From an uncultured delta proteobacterium (GTDB lineage Bacteria > Desulfobacterota > WTBG01), in NCBI GenBank assembly GCA_963793865.1, contig CAWCBP010000014.1, forward strand, positions 256,001-320,000: 64,000 nucleotides of DNA. Reading direction: 5' to 3'. The notes under the pieces were generated by a model, which saw nothing but the letters and a program-made list of their open reading frames with translations, was not told the origin of the DNA and did not search any database. Made by a program: the position numbers and the translations under genes. Positions 1 to 10,019 of the stretch are shown here, one piece after another. Position 1 is the first letter of the stretch; each line of letters begins with the position of its first letter.

Positions 1-1
1 G

Positions 2-916
2 AAAAGGAATCCCCGGGAGGCACGAAAGATCAGGAGGAAATACGGCATAGCTAAAAGGGATTTGCTGGGGTACGGCAGAGTCATCGATCATGCCCGCAAG
101 GAGCTGAAAAAGATCAGGCGGGAATCAACGCTCGATGCCGGGGCGCTTAAGAGCTGTGTCAGCGCTCTTGAAGAGAGCAAATCCAGGATCAGGAAGGCCA
201 AAGATAAATTGATTAAGGGCAATTTGCGGCTGGTGATAAGCCTGGCCAAAAAATATAATAACCGGGGCCTGCACTTTCTGGACCTGATCCAGGAGGGAAA
301 TATCGGGCTTATGAAAGCCGTGGATAAATTCGAGTATGAGCGCGGCCATAAATTCAGCACCTATGCCACCTGGTGGATTCAGCAGGCAATGACTCGGGCC
401 ATTGCGGATCAGTCCAGAATGATCAGGGTTCCGGTTCATATGCATGACGCGATGAACAGGATTGCTAAAACCTCGTTTTACCTCACCCGCCAGGAAGGAC
501 GAAAACCTACCACGGAGGAGGTGGCCAAAAAGGCGGGCTTGTCTCCTGACAAAGTTGATAAAATTCTCAACGTGGTCAAAGATCCTCTGTCACTGGATGC
601 GCCTGTCGGTGAGGATGGTGAATCCCGGATCGATAATTTTATCCGGGATGAAAAGATTGCTTCTCCCTGGCAGGTGATGCTCAAGCGCAGCCTGGATGAA
701 CAGACCAGGAAGGCCCTGGCCACCTTATCACCCCGTGAGGAAAAGGTTTTAAGAAAAAGATTCGGGGTGGGGGAACCTTCAGATCACACCCTGGAGGAGA
801 TTGGAAAGGATTTTAAGGTAACGAGGGAAAGGGTCAGGCAGATTGAATCCAAGGCCCTGCGCAAGCTCATGCATCCCGTGAGAGGCAACAAGCTCAGGAC
901 CTTTAAGGAAAACTGA
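2..916 (+). CDS. RNA polymerase sigma-70 factor, RpoD/SigA family (5'-truncated by window edge)
   Basis: Region 2 [39 protein letters not shown], region 3 [11 protein letters not shown] and region 4 [21 protein letters not shown]. The frame is open from position 2. Confidence 0.93.
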   Translation, partial: KRNPREARKIRRKYGIAKRDLLGYGRVIDHARKELKKIRRESTLDAGALKSCVSALEESKSRIRKAKDKLIKGNLRLVISLAKKYNNRGLHFLDLIQEGNIGLMKAVDKFEYERGHKFSTYATWWIQQAMTRAIADQSRMIRVPVHMHDAMNRIAKTSFYLTRQEGRKPTTEEVAKKAGLSPDKVDKILNVVKDPLSLDAPVGEDGESRIDNFIRDEKIASPWQVMLKRSLDEQTRKALATLSPREEKVLRKRFGVGEPSDHTLEEIGKDFKVTRERVRQIESKALRKLMHPVRGNKLRTFKEN

Positions 917-922
917 TAGCTC

Positions 923-1747
923 TTACAGCATCCGGCCCAGGGCGATGAAGAAAGTCCGGGTAATCACGCCGGGGTGTCCCTTTTCTTCAGCCACCCTGTC
1001 GGCAACGTCAATGATCTTTTTTGCAAGCTCTTCACCCCCCGGCCTGTCGATGAGAATGTCCGCAAGGGCATTGACGGTGTGGCCGCACCACATCCTGTCC
1101 CCCACCAGCGACCGTGCCTGAGCGAGGAATTGAAATTCACGCTCCACCTGCTCTTCGCACTGGCGTCCGAACGGTTCGTCACAGAGCATGCACGCCCCGA
1201 AATGGCTCATGTCCGGCTCCTCCATCTCCGGGGGATTTTCAGCCAGCTTTTGGTAGCGGAGGCTTTTTGCCAGGTCGGCACATGATTGGCTGAATATAAC
1301 GGTGGTGACGCCGCGCACCCTGCTTTCCCGGGCCTTTTTTTCCGCATAGCGCTGAACCGCGAGGCCGGACTCGAAGGGAACGGTACCGTCGGAAAGGGCG
1401 GCGCTCAGGCAGAATCGCGCGTGGCAGCACCAGCGGTATTCCTCCGCTTCACCCAGTTTGTCATGATACGCGGCGCTGATCGGAGAATTTTCATGACAGA
1501 CATCGGATAATTTTTTGGGACAGCGCCCGCACATCATAATGTAATCGTTGGCATACCTGGGAACCCATCCTTTCCCTTCCCCCGGCACAAACACATCCCC
1601 GTACTGTCGGAAAAATTTCTTCTGCCCGATGGTTTTAATGTAGCTGTCAAGGCAATGGTTGGAGCAGAAAACCAGGTCCTTGATCTCAATGAATTTCATT
1701 GCCAGCTCTTGGTTACACTGGCTGCAGAAAATAGTGTCCTCGGTCAT
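923..1747 (-). CDS. Cys-rich hypothetical metalloprotein: N-terminal TRASH/MYM-like Zn finger plus two internal repeats
   Basis: 274-aa ORF with GGAG RBS, last gene of a minus-strand run. CSQC..FCSNHC at the N-terminus and two Cx2Cx7C..WCxH repeats. Confidence 0.75.
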   Translation of the reverse strand: MTEDTIFCSQCNQELAMKFIEIKDLVFCSNHCLDSYIKTIGQKKFFRQYGDVFVPGEGKGWVPRYANDYIMMCGRCPKKLSDVCHENSPISAAYHDKLGEAEEYRWCCHARFCLSAALSDGTVPFESGLAVQRYAEKKARESRVRGVTTVIFSQSCADLAKSLRYQKLAENPPEMEEPDMSHFGACMLCDEPFGRQCEEQVEREFQFLAQARSLVGDRMWCGHTVNALADILIDRPGGEELAKKIIDVADRVAEEKGHPGVITRTFFIALGRML

Positions 1748-1762
1748 ACAAGACTCCTTTTG

Positions 1763-2701
1763 CTATGCGTTGGCCGCCATGCTTTCTGTATTGAATCGCC
1801 TGGGAATCTTCCAGCGGTTGTGCAGCCATCCGAACCAGCGGGCGGGATCGCTGCGCACCAGGTTTTCAAGGTAATCATTGTATTGCTGGGTATTGGCAAG
1901 CAAATCCTGCTCCCGGTTACCGGTATCTATCAGGGGAAATGGTTTCCCGAATATGATGCGGAACTTCCTCAATTCGCCATCGTTCTGGATATGAGCGTGA
2001 ATAACAGGGCATCCGGTTTGTAAAGCAAGTGCAGCCGGTGTAGGATAGGTCATCGCTGTTTTTCCGAAAAAGGTTGATGGTATCCCTTTTTTGCCGGCAT
2101 TTTGATCAAAAAGTATAACCACGGCCTTGCCCTGTCTGAGCTTGCCCAGTACCGGCCGCAGGGCATTCTTGCTGGAGATAAGCTCAAGATGGACGATTTT
2201 CTCGCGCGTTCTGATAATATAATTGTTAATGTACCGGTTTTTGAGCGGCTTGTATATGGTTGCCGCGTCGGTGATATGAGCGCCAAGGGCATAGCTGGCC
2301 AGTTCCCAGGGACCGAAATGAGGACCGATAATAATCACCCCTTTGTTCAATTGCAGGGCATCGTCAACGTATTCAAGGTTTTCAATGGTAATATTCTCAC
2401 GCACGTTTTGTGGCGTAAAGATAATTGATTCTACAAATACCTCTCCGAGATGGCTGAACAGGTCACGGATTATCTTCAATCGCTCCTGATGGGTTAACCC
2501 GTCTCCAAAGGCGAGCTCAAGATTGCTGTATGCCAGATTTGCCCGTGTTTTCAGAAATCGCGCTGATACAAGTCCCATGCGCCTTCCCACCTTAATTGCA
2601 AATGATGTGGGCAGCGCATTGATAGCACCGCATACGAGCCGGAAAAGGAGATACTCAATCGAGTGTTTGAGCGGGGCCGGTGCCTTAAGCATAATAACCA
2701 T
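1763..2701 (-). CDS. Lipid A lauroyl/lysophospholipid acyltransferase (LpxL/HtrB family)
   Basis: HFGPWE (Hx4D/E) catalytic motif, ILFDQ, FFGK and the C-terminal P..W..LHNRWK; N-terminal hydrophobic anchor. Confidence 0.88.
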   Translation of the reverse strand: MVIMLKAPAPLKHSIEYLLFRLVCGAINALPTSFAIKVGRRMGLVSARFLKTRANLAYSNLELAFGDGLTHQERLKIIRDLFSHLGEVFVESIIFTPQNVRENITIENLEYVDDALQLNKGVIIIGPHFGPWELASYALGAHITDAATIYKPLKNRYINNYIIRTREKIVHLELISSKNALRPVLGKLRQGKAVVILFDQNAGKKGIPSTFFGKTAMTYPTPAALALQTGCPVIHAHIQNDGELRKFRIIFGKPFPLIDTGNREQDLLANTQQYNDYLENLVRSDPARWFGWLHNRWKIPRRFNTESMAANA

Positions 2702-4102
2702 TCATCCGGTAATCAAATTCATAACCGGTGTAAGACAGCATACTATTGTGCACGCGGCATCCTTAATAAGAGGATGGTTCATAAACAGTGCGACTACTTT
2801 TTCACCATTATTATAGTACAGCTCAACCATTTTTCTGCCGGTTTTGCTCCCGGCCAGAACCTGGTCACGAAAGCGCCTTATGGCTGTAACCCTTGGATCA
2901 TTATCCCCGAGCAGATAGGTGACCGGGCATGACCTGCGCTGTCTGAGGTAAAAAACGGGCGGATTAAAGCCGGGGGTTGATCGTGTTTCAACCAGCGAGT
3001 AGTCGCCGCTGCTGTTGGCAGCGCTCACCGGGAAGGTTTCGAAAAAAATATCAAGCAGCCTTATTGCCTCGGGTTGCCCCAGTTCAGTGTTGCCGCCGCT
3101 GTGGGTGAGGAAGGAATTATTTCTGATCCCGTCCTCTTTAGGGCCGTCATACAAATGGTAGTGATAAAAGGTGCCGGTCCTGTCCCCGCAACTGCCCCCA
3201 TCGCAATAGAAAGGCATCCAGGGGTCGTCTGAGAAGTTGAGCACAAAACCGTCTACTACCGGGACGGGGTCGCATTCCGGGTCGACGTCCGGACAGCCGC
3301 TGTTTTCAAGCGTGTATCTCTGAACATGGAGGGCAGGCTTCTCATGCCCCGGTAGGTTGTTAAGAATCTTCATGCTGTCATAGGTATCGATGGTGTTCAG
3401 CTCATAGTAATTTTCAAAATAGGCGGAGAGCAGCCCGATGCGTGCAATTCGCCGATCACGGCAGGCGGATCGCAGGGCAACATAGCCTCCGTACGAATGC
3501 CCTATGACCGTTGTCTGACAGGAATTGAGCAGCCGGTAAGCGGAGAATTTTTCCTCGAGATAGTCAATGGTCAGACTCACCTGCAGCGCGTATATATCGG
3601 ACCGGATGTTAGTGATTGCCGCAAATCCAAGCGGGGGGCCGCTCGTATCCGCTATGAATTGGGGAATGGCCGCCACATAACCCCTCCGGGCATACGCAAT
3701 GGCCAGCCAGTCCATGTACCAGTAGAGGGCGGGACTGCTGCCGGTTGCCCCCTTGCAGATAATAATAACAGGATATGGCCCTCCCTCAGGCGGCAGTTCA
3801 CCGGCTTTATCCCCGGGATGAAAAATTTTGAGATCAAAGGTATAACCCGGTGAAGGGGTATCGGGGTCATCGTAGTCATCTATGAGATTGTTAAAATTCT
3901 CAATTTCATTGCGGATCACTTCTTTCATAAATGTATGGTCAATATTTTCACCATTCATTTCCCGGTAAGGATTGCCGCTGAGTGTCCGGTTATAAGGTAA
4001 AAATTCTTCGATATCACAGGCAGTATAGGTGTGCCCCTTGACGGGACAGAAAGCAAACAATAACCAAATCATGGCAGAAAGCAGGATGGTCCTATTGCTC
4101 AC
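2702..4102 (-). CDS. Secreted alpha/beta hydrolase with CFI-box-CTERM-like C-terminal domain
   Basis: Signal peptide; GPYPVIII strand; nucleophile elbow GHSYGG; C-terminal C..LLG..V..IRRFRDQVL..GRKMVELYY. Confidence 0.78.
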   Translation of the reverse strand: MSNRTILLSAMIWLLFAFCPVKGHTYTACDIEEFLPYNRTLSGNPYREMNGENIDHTFMKEVIRNEIENFNNLIDDYDDPDTPSPGYTFDLKIFHPGDKAGELPPEGGPYPVIIICKGATGSSPALYWYMDWLAIAYARRGYVAAIPQFIADTSGPPLGFAAITNIRSDIYALQVSLTIDYLEEKFSAYRLLNSCQTTVIGHSYGGYVALRSACRDRRIARIGLLSAYFENYYELNTIDTYDSMKILNNLPGHEKPALHVQRYTLENSGCPDVDPECDPVPVVDGFVLNFSDDPWMPFYCDGGSCGDRTGTFYHYHLYDGPKEDGIRNNSFLTHSGGNTELGQPEAIRLLDIFFETFPVSAANSSGDYSLVETRSTPGFNPPVFYLRQRRSCPVTYLLGDNDPRVTAIRRFRDQVLAGSKTGRKMVELYYNNGEKVVALFMNHPLIKDAACTIVCCLTPVMNLITG

Positions 4103-4146
4103 TTTTCTTCCTCCTTCTTCCGGTATGCCGCAGGCGCGCAGAATAT

Positions 4147-5364
4147 TTATTCATAACGCAGGGCATCAATGGGGTTCATGCGCGACGCCTTCCGGGCGGG
4201 ATAGAGACCGAAAAATATGCCGACGCTGCTGGCAAAAAGGAACGCGATGAGGATGGCGTATAACGAGACGGGCGACGGCCAGCCGGTAAAATAACTCACG
4301 GTGGAGGTGATGCCCATCCCGAACAGGATGCCGATACCGCCGCCGATCAGGCTGAGCAGGATCGCCTCAAGCAGAAATTGCAGCAAAATGTCCTGTGAGG
4401 TTGCTCCCACGGAAAGCCGTATCCCGATTTCCTTGGTCCGCTCGGTCACGGAAACCAGCATAATGTTCATGATGCCGATGCCGCCCACGAGCAGCGAGAT
4501 GGAGGCGATGCTGCCCAGCAGCAGCGTCAGGATGCCGGTAATGGTTGAGAAAACGGCGGTAAGATCGGCAAGATTCCTGACGGTAAAATCATCATCATCT
4601 CCCTTCTTTATCTTGTGCCGGTGTCTGAGCAGATTTTTAATCTGCTCCTGGGCCGCGGCCGTGCCTTCCACTGAAACAGCCGAGGCCATGATCATGTTGA
4701 CGTGGGTGATGCCGACCAGGCGCTTTTGCGCGGTTGTGTAGGGCACAATGATGGTGTCATCCTGGTCCTGGCCGAAGGCCGTCTGCCCTTTTGGCGTCAG
4801 CACCCCTACCACCCTGAAGGGTATCCGTTTCACCCTGATTACCTGCCCCACGGGATTCTGCTTCACGAAAAGCTTTTCCGCCACCGTTTCGCCCAGAACG
4901 CAGACTTTGGTCGCCGCCTTCACGTCCTGCGTCGTGAAAAATTCTCCCAGTGCCAGGGGCCAGTTTTTAATCAGCTGGTAGTCGGTGTCAGCGCCCAGGA
5001 TGGAGGTGCTCCAGTTCTGATTTTGAAAAACCACCTGCGCGGCAGAGGTGACTACGGGCGTCACCATCTGAACGTCGGCGCATTCACTCAGTATGGCTTC
5101 GGCATCTTCGGGGATGAGGGTTGTCACCGTTCCATAGCCGGTGCGTATGCCTCCCTGGGTGACGCTGCCCGGGAAGATGACCAGCAAATTGGTCCCCAAA
5201 CCGCTTATGGCCTTTTGGATTGAAATTTGCGCCCCGCTCCCCAGGTTGACCAGGGTGATGACCGCGCAGACGCCGATGACCACCCCGAGAACGGTGAGCA
5301 GGGACCGAAGCTTGTTCTTTCTGAGTGCTTTCAGAGCCACCCATACCGTCATTAAAAAGTTCAT
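4147..5364 (-). CDS. macB: MacB/FtsX-family ABC transporter permease
   Basis: RSLLTVLGVVIGV, SLLVGGIGIMNIMLVSVTERTKEIGIR and C-terminal PARKASRMNPIDALRYE. Confidence 0.93.
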   Translation of the reverse strand: MNFLMTVWVALKALRKNKLRSLLTVLGVVIGVCAVITLVNLGSGAQISIQKAISGLGTNLLVIFPGSVTQGGIRTGYGTVTTLIPEDAEAILSECADVQMVTPVVTSAAQVVFQNQNWSTSILGADTDYQLIKNWPLALGEFFTTQDVKAATKVCVLGETVAEKLFVKQNPVGQVIRVKRIPFRVVGVLTPKGQTAFGQDQDDTIIVPYTTAQKRLVGITHVNMIMASAVSVEGTAAAQEQIKNLLRHRHKIKKGDDDDFTVRNLADLTAVFSTITGILTLLLGSIASISLLVGGIGIMNIMLVSVTERTKEIGIRLSVGATSQDILLQFLLEAILLSLIGGGIGILFGMGITSTVSYFTGWPSPVSLYAILIAFLFASSVGIFFGLYPARKASRMNPIDALRYE

Positions 5365-5371
5365 GATGCCT

Positions 5372-6055
5372 TCACTGATCGCTCACGATGATGCCGTCAC
5401 GAAAGTTCACCCGCCGTTTTGCGTAGTGCGCGATATCCAGTTCATGGGTCACCAGCACAATGGTGATTTTGTCATCTTCATTCAGATTCTTCAAAATCTC
5501 CATGATTTCCCCGCTGGTTTGGGTATCCAGGTTTCCCGTCGGCTCATCGGCCAGGATCAGGGGCGGGGTATTGACCAGGGCGCGCGCAATGGCGACCCGC
5601 TGCTGTTCGCCGCCCGAGAGCTGGTTCGAGAAGTTTCTCATCTTGTCTTTGAGCCCCACCCTTTCCAGCGCTTCTGCCGCGCGGCTGTAACGCGTCGAGG
5701 CATTTTCCTTTGAGTAGAGGACGGGAAGCTCAACATTGTCCAGGGCGCTGGTGCGGGGGAGCAGATTGAAATTCTGGAAGATGAAGCCGATTTTCTTGTT
5801 GCGTATGCCCGCCAGCTGCTTCTGGCTGAGAGAGGAGATTTCAACCCCTTCCAGAAACAGGCTGCCCCGGGTGGGGACGTCCAGGCACCCCAGCAGGTTC
5901 ATGAAGGTGGATTTTCCCGATCCCGAAGGGCCCATGATGGCGACAAAATCACCTGCGGCAACCTCGAGAGAAACTCCCTTGAGGGCGTGAACCTGTATGT
6001 CGCTGGTCACCTGGTAGGTTTTGTAGAGCCGGTCTGCGCGGATAAAAGATGTCAT
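5372..6055 (-). CDS. ABC transporter ATP-binding protein (MacB/LolD type)
   Basis: Walker A GPSGSGKS, signature LSGGEQQRV, Walker [12 protein letters not shown] and VTH. Confidence 0.95.
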   Translation of the reverse strand: MTSFIRADRLYKTYQVTSDIQVHALKGVSLEVAAGDFVAIMGPSGSGKSTFMNLLGCLDVPTRGSLFLEGVEISSLSQKQLAGIRNKKIGFIFQNFNLLPRTSALDNVELPVLYSKENASTRYSRAAEALERVGLKDKMRNFSNQLSGGEQQRVAIARALVNTPPLILADEPTGNLDTQTSGEIMEILKNLNEDDKITIVLVTHELDIAHYAKRRVNFRDGIIVSDQ

Positions 6056-6058
6056 AGC

Positions 6059-7285
6059 CTATTGCCTGAAGCCGAATTTAAATCCTGAGCCTCCGGATTC
6101 ATGTTTCTGTTTCCACTGATCGCGGTAGCCGATAATCACCCGGTCGTTTTCCTTGAGCTCTCCATTGAGTATCTCGGTATGGCGGCCGTCGGATATCCCT
6201 GTCTTTATCAGCACCGGCTTCGCTCCTCCGCCGGGGGAATCAACCCAGACCCGCTGCTGCAGATCAGAGGGAGTGTCTGCGTTGCCCGGCTTCTGCTGCT
6301 CTGCCGTTTCGTACCGGAGCAAATCCTTGTCTTCCGGATCAGCCTTGAAGCGCAATGCGGCGGTGGGAATCCTGAGGGCGCTCTTTTTTTCGCTGGTGAT
6401 AACTGAAACCGTGGCGGTCATTCCCGGCCGCAGGCCCAGGTCGGGATTGCTCACCGCGACCACCGTTGCATAGGTCACCACATTCTGCTCTTCCTTCGGG
6501 GCGAATCGTATCTGTGCCACCGTGCCTTGGAAAACCCTGTCGGGGAACGCGTCTACCGTGAAGAGCACCTTCTGTCCCAGCTGGACCTTGCCGATATCCG
6601 CTTCATCCACGGAGGCCTCGACCTGCATTTTGGTCAGGTCCTGGGCGATGAGGAAGAGATCCGGTGTTTGAAAAGCGGCAATCACCGTCTGGCCGACATC
6701 GCAATTGCGGGAAATCACGATGCCCTCCACGGGTGAATAAATGGAGGTATGATCCAGATCAACCTGTGCCGCGTTGAGGAGCGCCTGTGCCTGGGCTTCC
6801 CGTGCCCGGGAAGCGTCAAGCGTCGCGCTGGCGGCGTTGAATGTTGTTTCGGCAATTTCCAGTTCCCGTTCCGAGGCCACCAGCCCCTTGCTCAAATTTT
6901 TAATTCTTTTCAGGTTGTTCTTCGCATCCGCGAGGGCAACCCGCGCTTCCTGTGTCTGCGCCTGCGCCAGCTTGTAATTGGCGTCAGCCTGTTCCACCTT
7001 GCTCCGGTAAATGTCTGTTTCCAGCTGGGCGATGAGCTGGCCTTTTGCCACCAGCGAGTTGTAATCCGCGAAGATCTTTTCTATCCTGCCCGAGACCTGG
7101 CTGCCCACCGTGACGGTAATCACGGGATTAATGGTTCCGGTTGCGGCGATCCTTTCCACAAGATCCCCCCGTTCGACTTCCTGGGTTTCATATTTGCTTT
7201 CATTACCGGTATCCCTGACAAGGAAAAACCCCCCGAGGCCGAGAATGAACAAAATACCTATCACGATTACAATCGTTTTCTTCAC
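6059..7285 (-). CDS. macA: Periplasmic adaptor (MacA-type membrane fusion protein)
   Basis: N-terminal TM, VGSQVSGRI lipoyl half-motif, coiled coil, IYSPVEG..GQTV and LRPGMTA. Confidence 0.9.
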   Translation of the reverse strand: MKKTIVIVIGILFILGLGGFFLVRDTGNESKYETQEVERGDLVERIAATGTINPVITVTVGSQVSGRIEKIFADYNSLVAKGQLIAQLETDIYRSKVEQADANYKLAQAQTQEARVALADAKNNLKRIKNLSKGLVASERELEIAETTFNAASATLDASRAREAQAQALLNAAQVDLDHTSIYSPVEGIVISRNCDVGQTVIAAFQTPDLFLIAQDLTKMQVEASVDEADIGKVQLGQKVLFTVDAFPDRVFQGTVAQIRFAPKEEQNVVTYATVVAVSNPDLGLRPGMTATVSVITSEKKSALRIPTAALRFKADPEDKDLLRYETAEQQKPGNADTPSDLQQRVWVDSPGGGAKPVLIKTGISDGRHTEILNGELKENDRVIIGYRDQWKQKHESGGSGFKFGFRQ

Positions 7286-7311
7286 AGGTACACTCCATTA
7301 GTGCTAACGTG

Positions 7312-7380
7312 CATATCTGGAATTTCGGTAGGAGCGCCTTCAGGCGCGATTCATTCGCGGCTTAAAGCCGCTCCTACCGG
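7312..7380. repeat. GTAG-type REP doublet (REPIN-like)
   Basis: GTAGGAGCGCCTTCAGGCGCGA..TCGCGGCTTAAAGCCGCTCCTAC. A near-identical inverted copy, including flank, lies at 46941-47006. Confidence 0.85.
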
Positions 7381-7495
7381 TTGATACTATGCTAAAAGAT
7401 TCACCAGCCCAAGGCTGGTAAATGCTCAGATCTGAGGCTGTAGGACTTTAACCTATTTTGACAGAAGAATCAAATGCCTTCACCTGCCGATAGCG

Positions 7496-9670
7496 CTATC
7501 CCAGCCGGCGCCTCAGATTTGTATAGCGCTGCTCTGTCTTGTTGCTCTTAACCCCGATTGCCAGGGCCTTGCTGGTGCCGATGATGACCACCAGTTTCTT
7601 CCCCCGGGTTACCGCCGTGTAGATCAGGTTTTTCTGCAGCAGCACGTAGTGCTGGGTAAGAAGGGGTATCACGACGGCAGGGTATTCCGAGCCCTGGGAT
7701 TTGTGCACCGATATGGCATACGCCATAACGATTTCATCCAGATCGGGATAATCATACACCACGGTGCGCCCGTCAAAGGCAATGGTTACCTCCTGCATTT
7801 CCGCATCAATGCGCACAATCCTTCCGATGTCGCCGTTAAAGACATCCTTATCGTAGTTGTTGCGAACCTGCATAACCTTGTCATTGACCCTGAAGTTCCT
7901 GCCGCCCCTGGTAATGCCGTCTTCCCTGGGATTAAGCGTTTGCTGCAGGACCAGATTGAGGTTTTCCGCGCCAACTACCCCCCGGTGCATGGGCGTGAGC
8001 ACCTGAATGTCGTCAACGGGATGCAGGCCGAAGCGTTTTGGAATCCGCTCGGTTACGAGCTCTACAATAAGCTTCAGCACCTCTTCAGGGTTCTCCTTTT
8101 GGATGAAATAAAAATCCTCGCTTTTTTCGCCCGGGGTCTTCAGGACGGGCATGACCCCATGGTTAATCTTGTGCGCATTCACCACAATCAGGCTTTCCTG
8201 CGCCTGGCGGAATATCTCATGCAACTCCACCACCGGCACGGCCCGGGAATCGATGATGTCCTTGAGAATGTTTCCCGCGCCCACCGAGGGAAGCTGGTTG
8301 ACATCACCGACCAGAATCAAGGTGGCCCTGACCGGAATTGCCCTGAGGAGGTGATGCATGAGCAGGGTGTCTATCATGGAAACTTCGTCGATGATGATAA
8401 GGTCACCGTCTAAAGGATTTGTTTCGTTTTTCTCAAACCCGCCTTCCCGCATGCTGTATTTCAGCATCCGGTGAATGGTCTTTGCTTCATGGCCGGTTAC
8501 TTCGCTCATCCGTTTTGCCGCCCTTCCGGTGGGAGCGGCAAGAAGGATGTGCGCGCCGGCGCGGGAAAAGATTTTTAAAATGGCATTGATGATGGTTGTC
8601 TTCCCCGTGCCCGGTCCGCCGGTAATGACCATCACCTTGTGATCAATGGCGGAACTGACAGCCTCCTGCTGCCTGTCCGCGAGTTTTATGGAAAGCTGTT
8701 GCTGCACCCATTCCACCGCTTTCGGGGCGTCAATAGCCCTTTTTGACAAGGGTGCGCTGATGAGGCTCTTCAGTTTATTGGCAATTCCTGTTTCAGCGAA
8801 ATAATATCTCGCCGGATAAACGGCTTCGGCGCTGACCCCTTCTACGCCGGCGCTGCCGCGCACGTCCTCAATGACAATTCTGCCGTCAGCAGCGAGGGGG
8901 GCAAGCGCTTGAGCGATGATTTCCTGTTCCACCCCGAGTATTTCCTGACACTTCTTAATAAGCAGCTCGCGTGGATAATACACATGTCCTTCTTCCGAAA
9001 TCTGGTTGAGCACGTAAAGAATCCCCGCTTCTGCCCGCTGTGCCGAATTTTTAGCGACTCCAAGCCGTTCCGCGATTCGGTCGGCGGTGATAAAACCGAT
9101 GCCATAAATATCAGCAGCCAGACGGTAGGGATTTGCCTTTACCACCTCAATGGATTTCTCTTTATACTGCTTGAAAATTTTTGTGGCATAGCCTGAGCTG
9201 ACTCCCTGGCTTTGCAGGAAGATCATGACCTCCCGAATTTCCTTTTGGGCAGTCCAGGCATTGCGGATCATCTGAACGCGTACATCGCCGATACCTTCCA
9301 CCTCGGTAAGTTTCTTGCTGTCATGTTCAATCACCGCGAGGGTTTCCTCACCGAAGTGTTTAACGATTCGTTTGGCCATTACCGGTCCGATGCCCCTGAT
9401 CAGGCCGGACCCGAGATATTTTTCGATGCCGCTGACCGAGGCCGGCACAAGCGATGTGTAGTGCATAACTTTAAACTGTGCGCCGTACCGCGGGCTCGTC
9501 ACCCACTCGCCCTGCATGACAATAACCTCTCCCGGGGTTGGAGCAATAATGTTTCCCACGACGGTTACAAGATCACTGCGGTTGGGGATTTTAACCTTGG
9601 CAACCGTGTAACCGTTTTCCTCATTACAGTAGGTTATCCGTTCTATTTGCCCCTGGAGATCGGTGAGCAC
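7496..9670 (-). CDS. recD2: ATP-dependent RecD-like DNA helicase (RecD2, SF1B)
   Basis: N-terminal OB-like and HhH regions (GIGPVMA, GIGDVR); GGPGTGKTT; APTGRAAKR; DEVSM; VGDVNQLPSV; YAISVHKSQGSE; YTAVTRGK. Confidence 0.95.
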   Translation of the reverse strand: MLTDLQGQIERITYCNEENGYTVAKVKIPNRSDLVTVVGNIIAPTPGEVIVMQGEWVTSPRYGAQFKVMHYTSLVPASVSGIEKYLGSGLIRGIGPVMAKRIVKHFGEETLAVIEHDSKKLTEVEGIGDVRVQMIRNAWTAQKEIREVMIFLQSQGVSSGYATKIFKQYKEKSIEVVKANPYRLAADIYGIGFITADRIAERLGVAKNSAQRAEAGILYVLNQISEEGHVYYPRELLIKKCQEILGVEQEIIAQALAPLAADGRIVIEDVRGSAGVEGVSAEAVYPARYYFAETGIANKLKSLISAPLSKRAIDAPKAVEWVQQQLSIKLADRQQEAVSSAIDHKVMVITGGPGTGKTTIINAILKIFSRAGAHILLAAPTGRAAKRMSEVTGHEAKTIHRMLKYSMREGGFEKNETNPLDGDLIIIDEVSMIDTLLMHHLLRAIPVRATLILVGDVNQLPSVGAGNILKDIIDSRAVPVVELHEIFRQAQESLIVVNAHKINHGVMPVLKTPGEKSEDFYFIQKENPEEVLKLIVELVTERIPKRFGLHPVDDIQVLTPMHRGVVGAENLNLVLQQTLNPREDGITRGGRNFRVNDKVMQVRNNYDKDVFNGDIGRIVRIDAEMQEVTIAFDGRTVVYDYPDLDEIVMAYAISVHKSQGSEYPAVVIPLLTQHYVLLQKNLIYTAVTRGKKLVVIIGTSKALAIGVKSNKTEQRYTNLRRRLG

Positions 9671-9837
9671 AAAAAACCCCCTGTTCCCGGATCATGAGAC
9701 GCCTTAATCTAATAGGAAACGTAACGGTTTTCAATCTAAATGTTGGGAGGGTTTATCGGAAGTGTTTTTTCGATACGTATGGAAGAGGAGGCTGTTTTTA
9801 CCTGCAAAGACCGTTTTCCCTGTATCTGCTGAAGCAT

Positions 9838-9890
9838 AAAAAACCCTCAAGCGGGCGGGAAACAAATACCTCTTCCTCGCTTGAGGGTTT
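9838..9890 (-). terminator. Intrinsic terminator-like hairpin upstream of recD2
   Basis: 13-bp inverted repeat AAACCCTCAAGCG/CGCTTGAGGGTTT, extendable imperfectly, running into a T-tract on the minus strand. Confidence 0.65.
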
Positions 9891-9926
9891 ACAATCACAT
9901 TTTGTCTGCGCGCCTTATCCACAACA

Positions 9927-9965
9927 TCAGGCACACAGACCAAACCCAGGAAATTTGAGAATCAT
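9927..9965 (-). other. Candidate 12-aa small ORF/leader peptide MILKFPGFGLCA
   Basis: Perfect AAAGGAGG RBS just before ATG 9965; lies between a strong promoter and a terminator. Confidence 0.4.
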
Positions 9966-10019
9966 ATTAACCTCCTTTCAATAAAAGGCTAATATAATGG
10001 AGACTTTCAAATCACATTC

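Noticed and set aside
9694..9984. ORFs 9694-9984 (+) and 9731-9943 (-)
   Set aside because: They have no RBS, cross a terminator hairpin and have non-protein-like composition. The minus ORF could be real only if joined to ATG 9965 by an indel.
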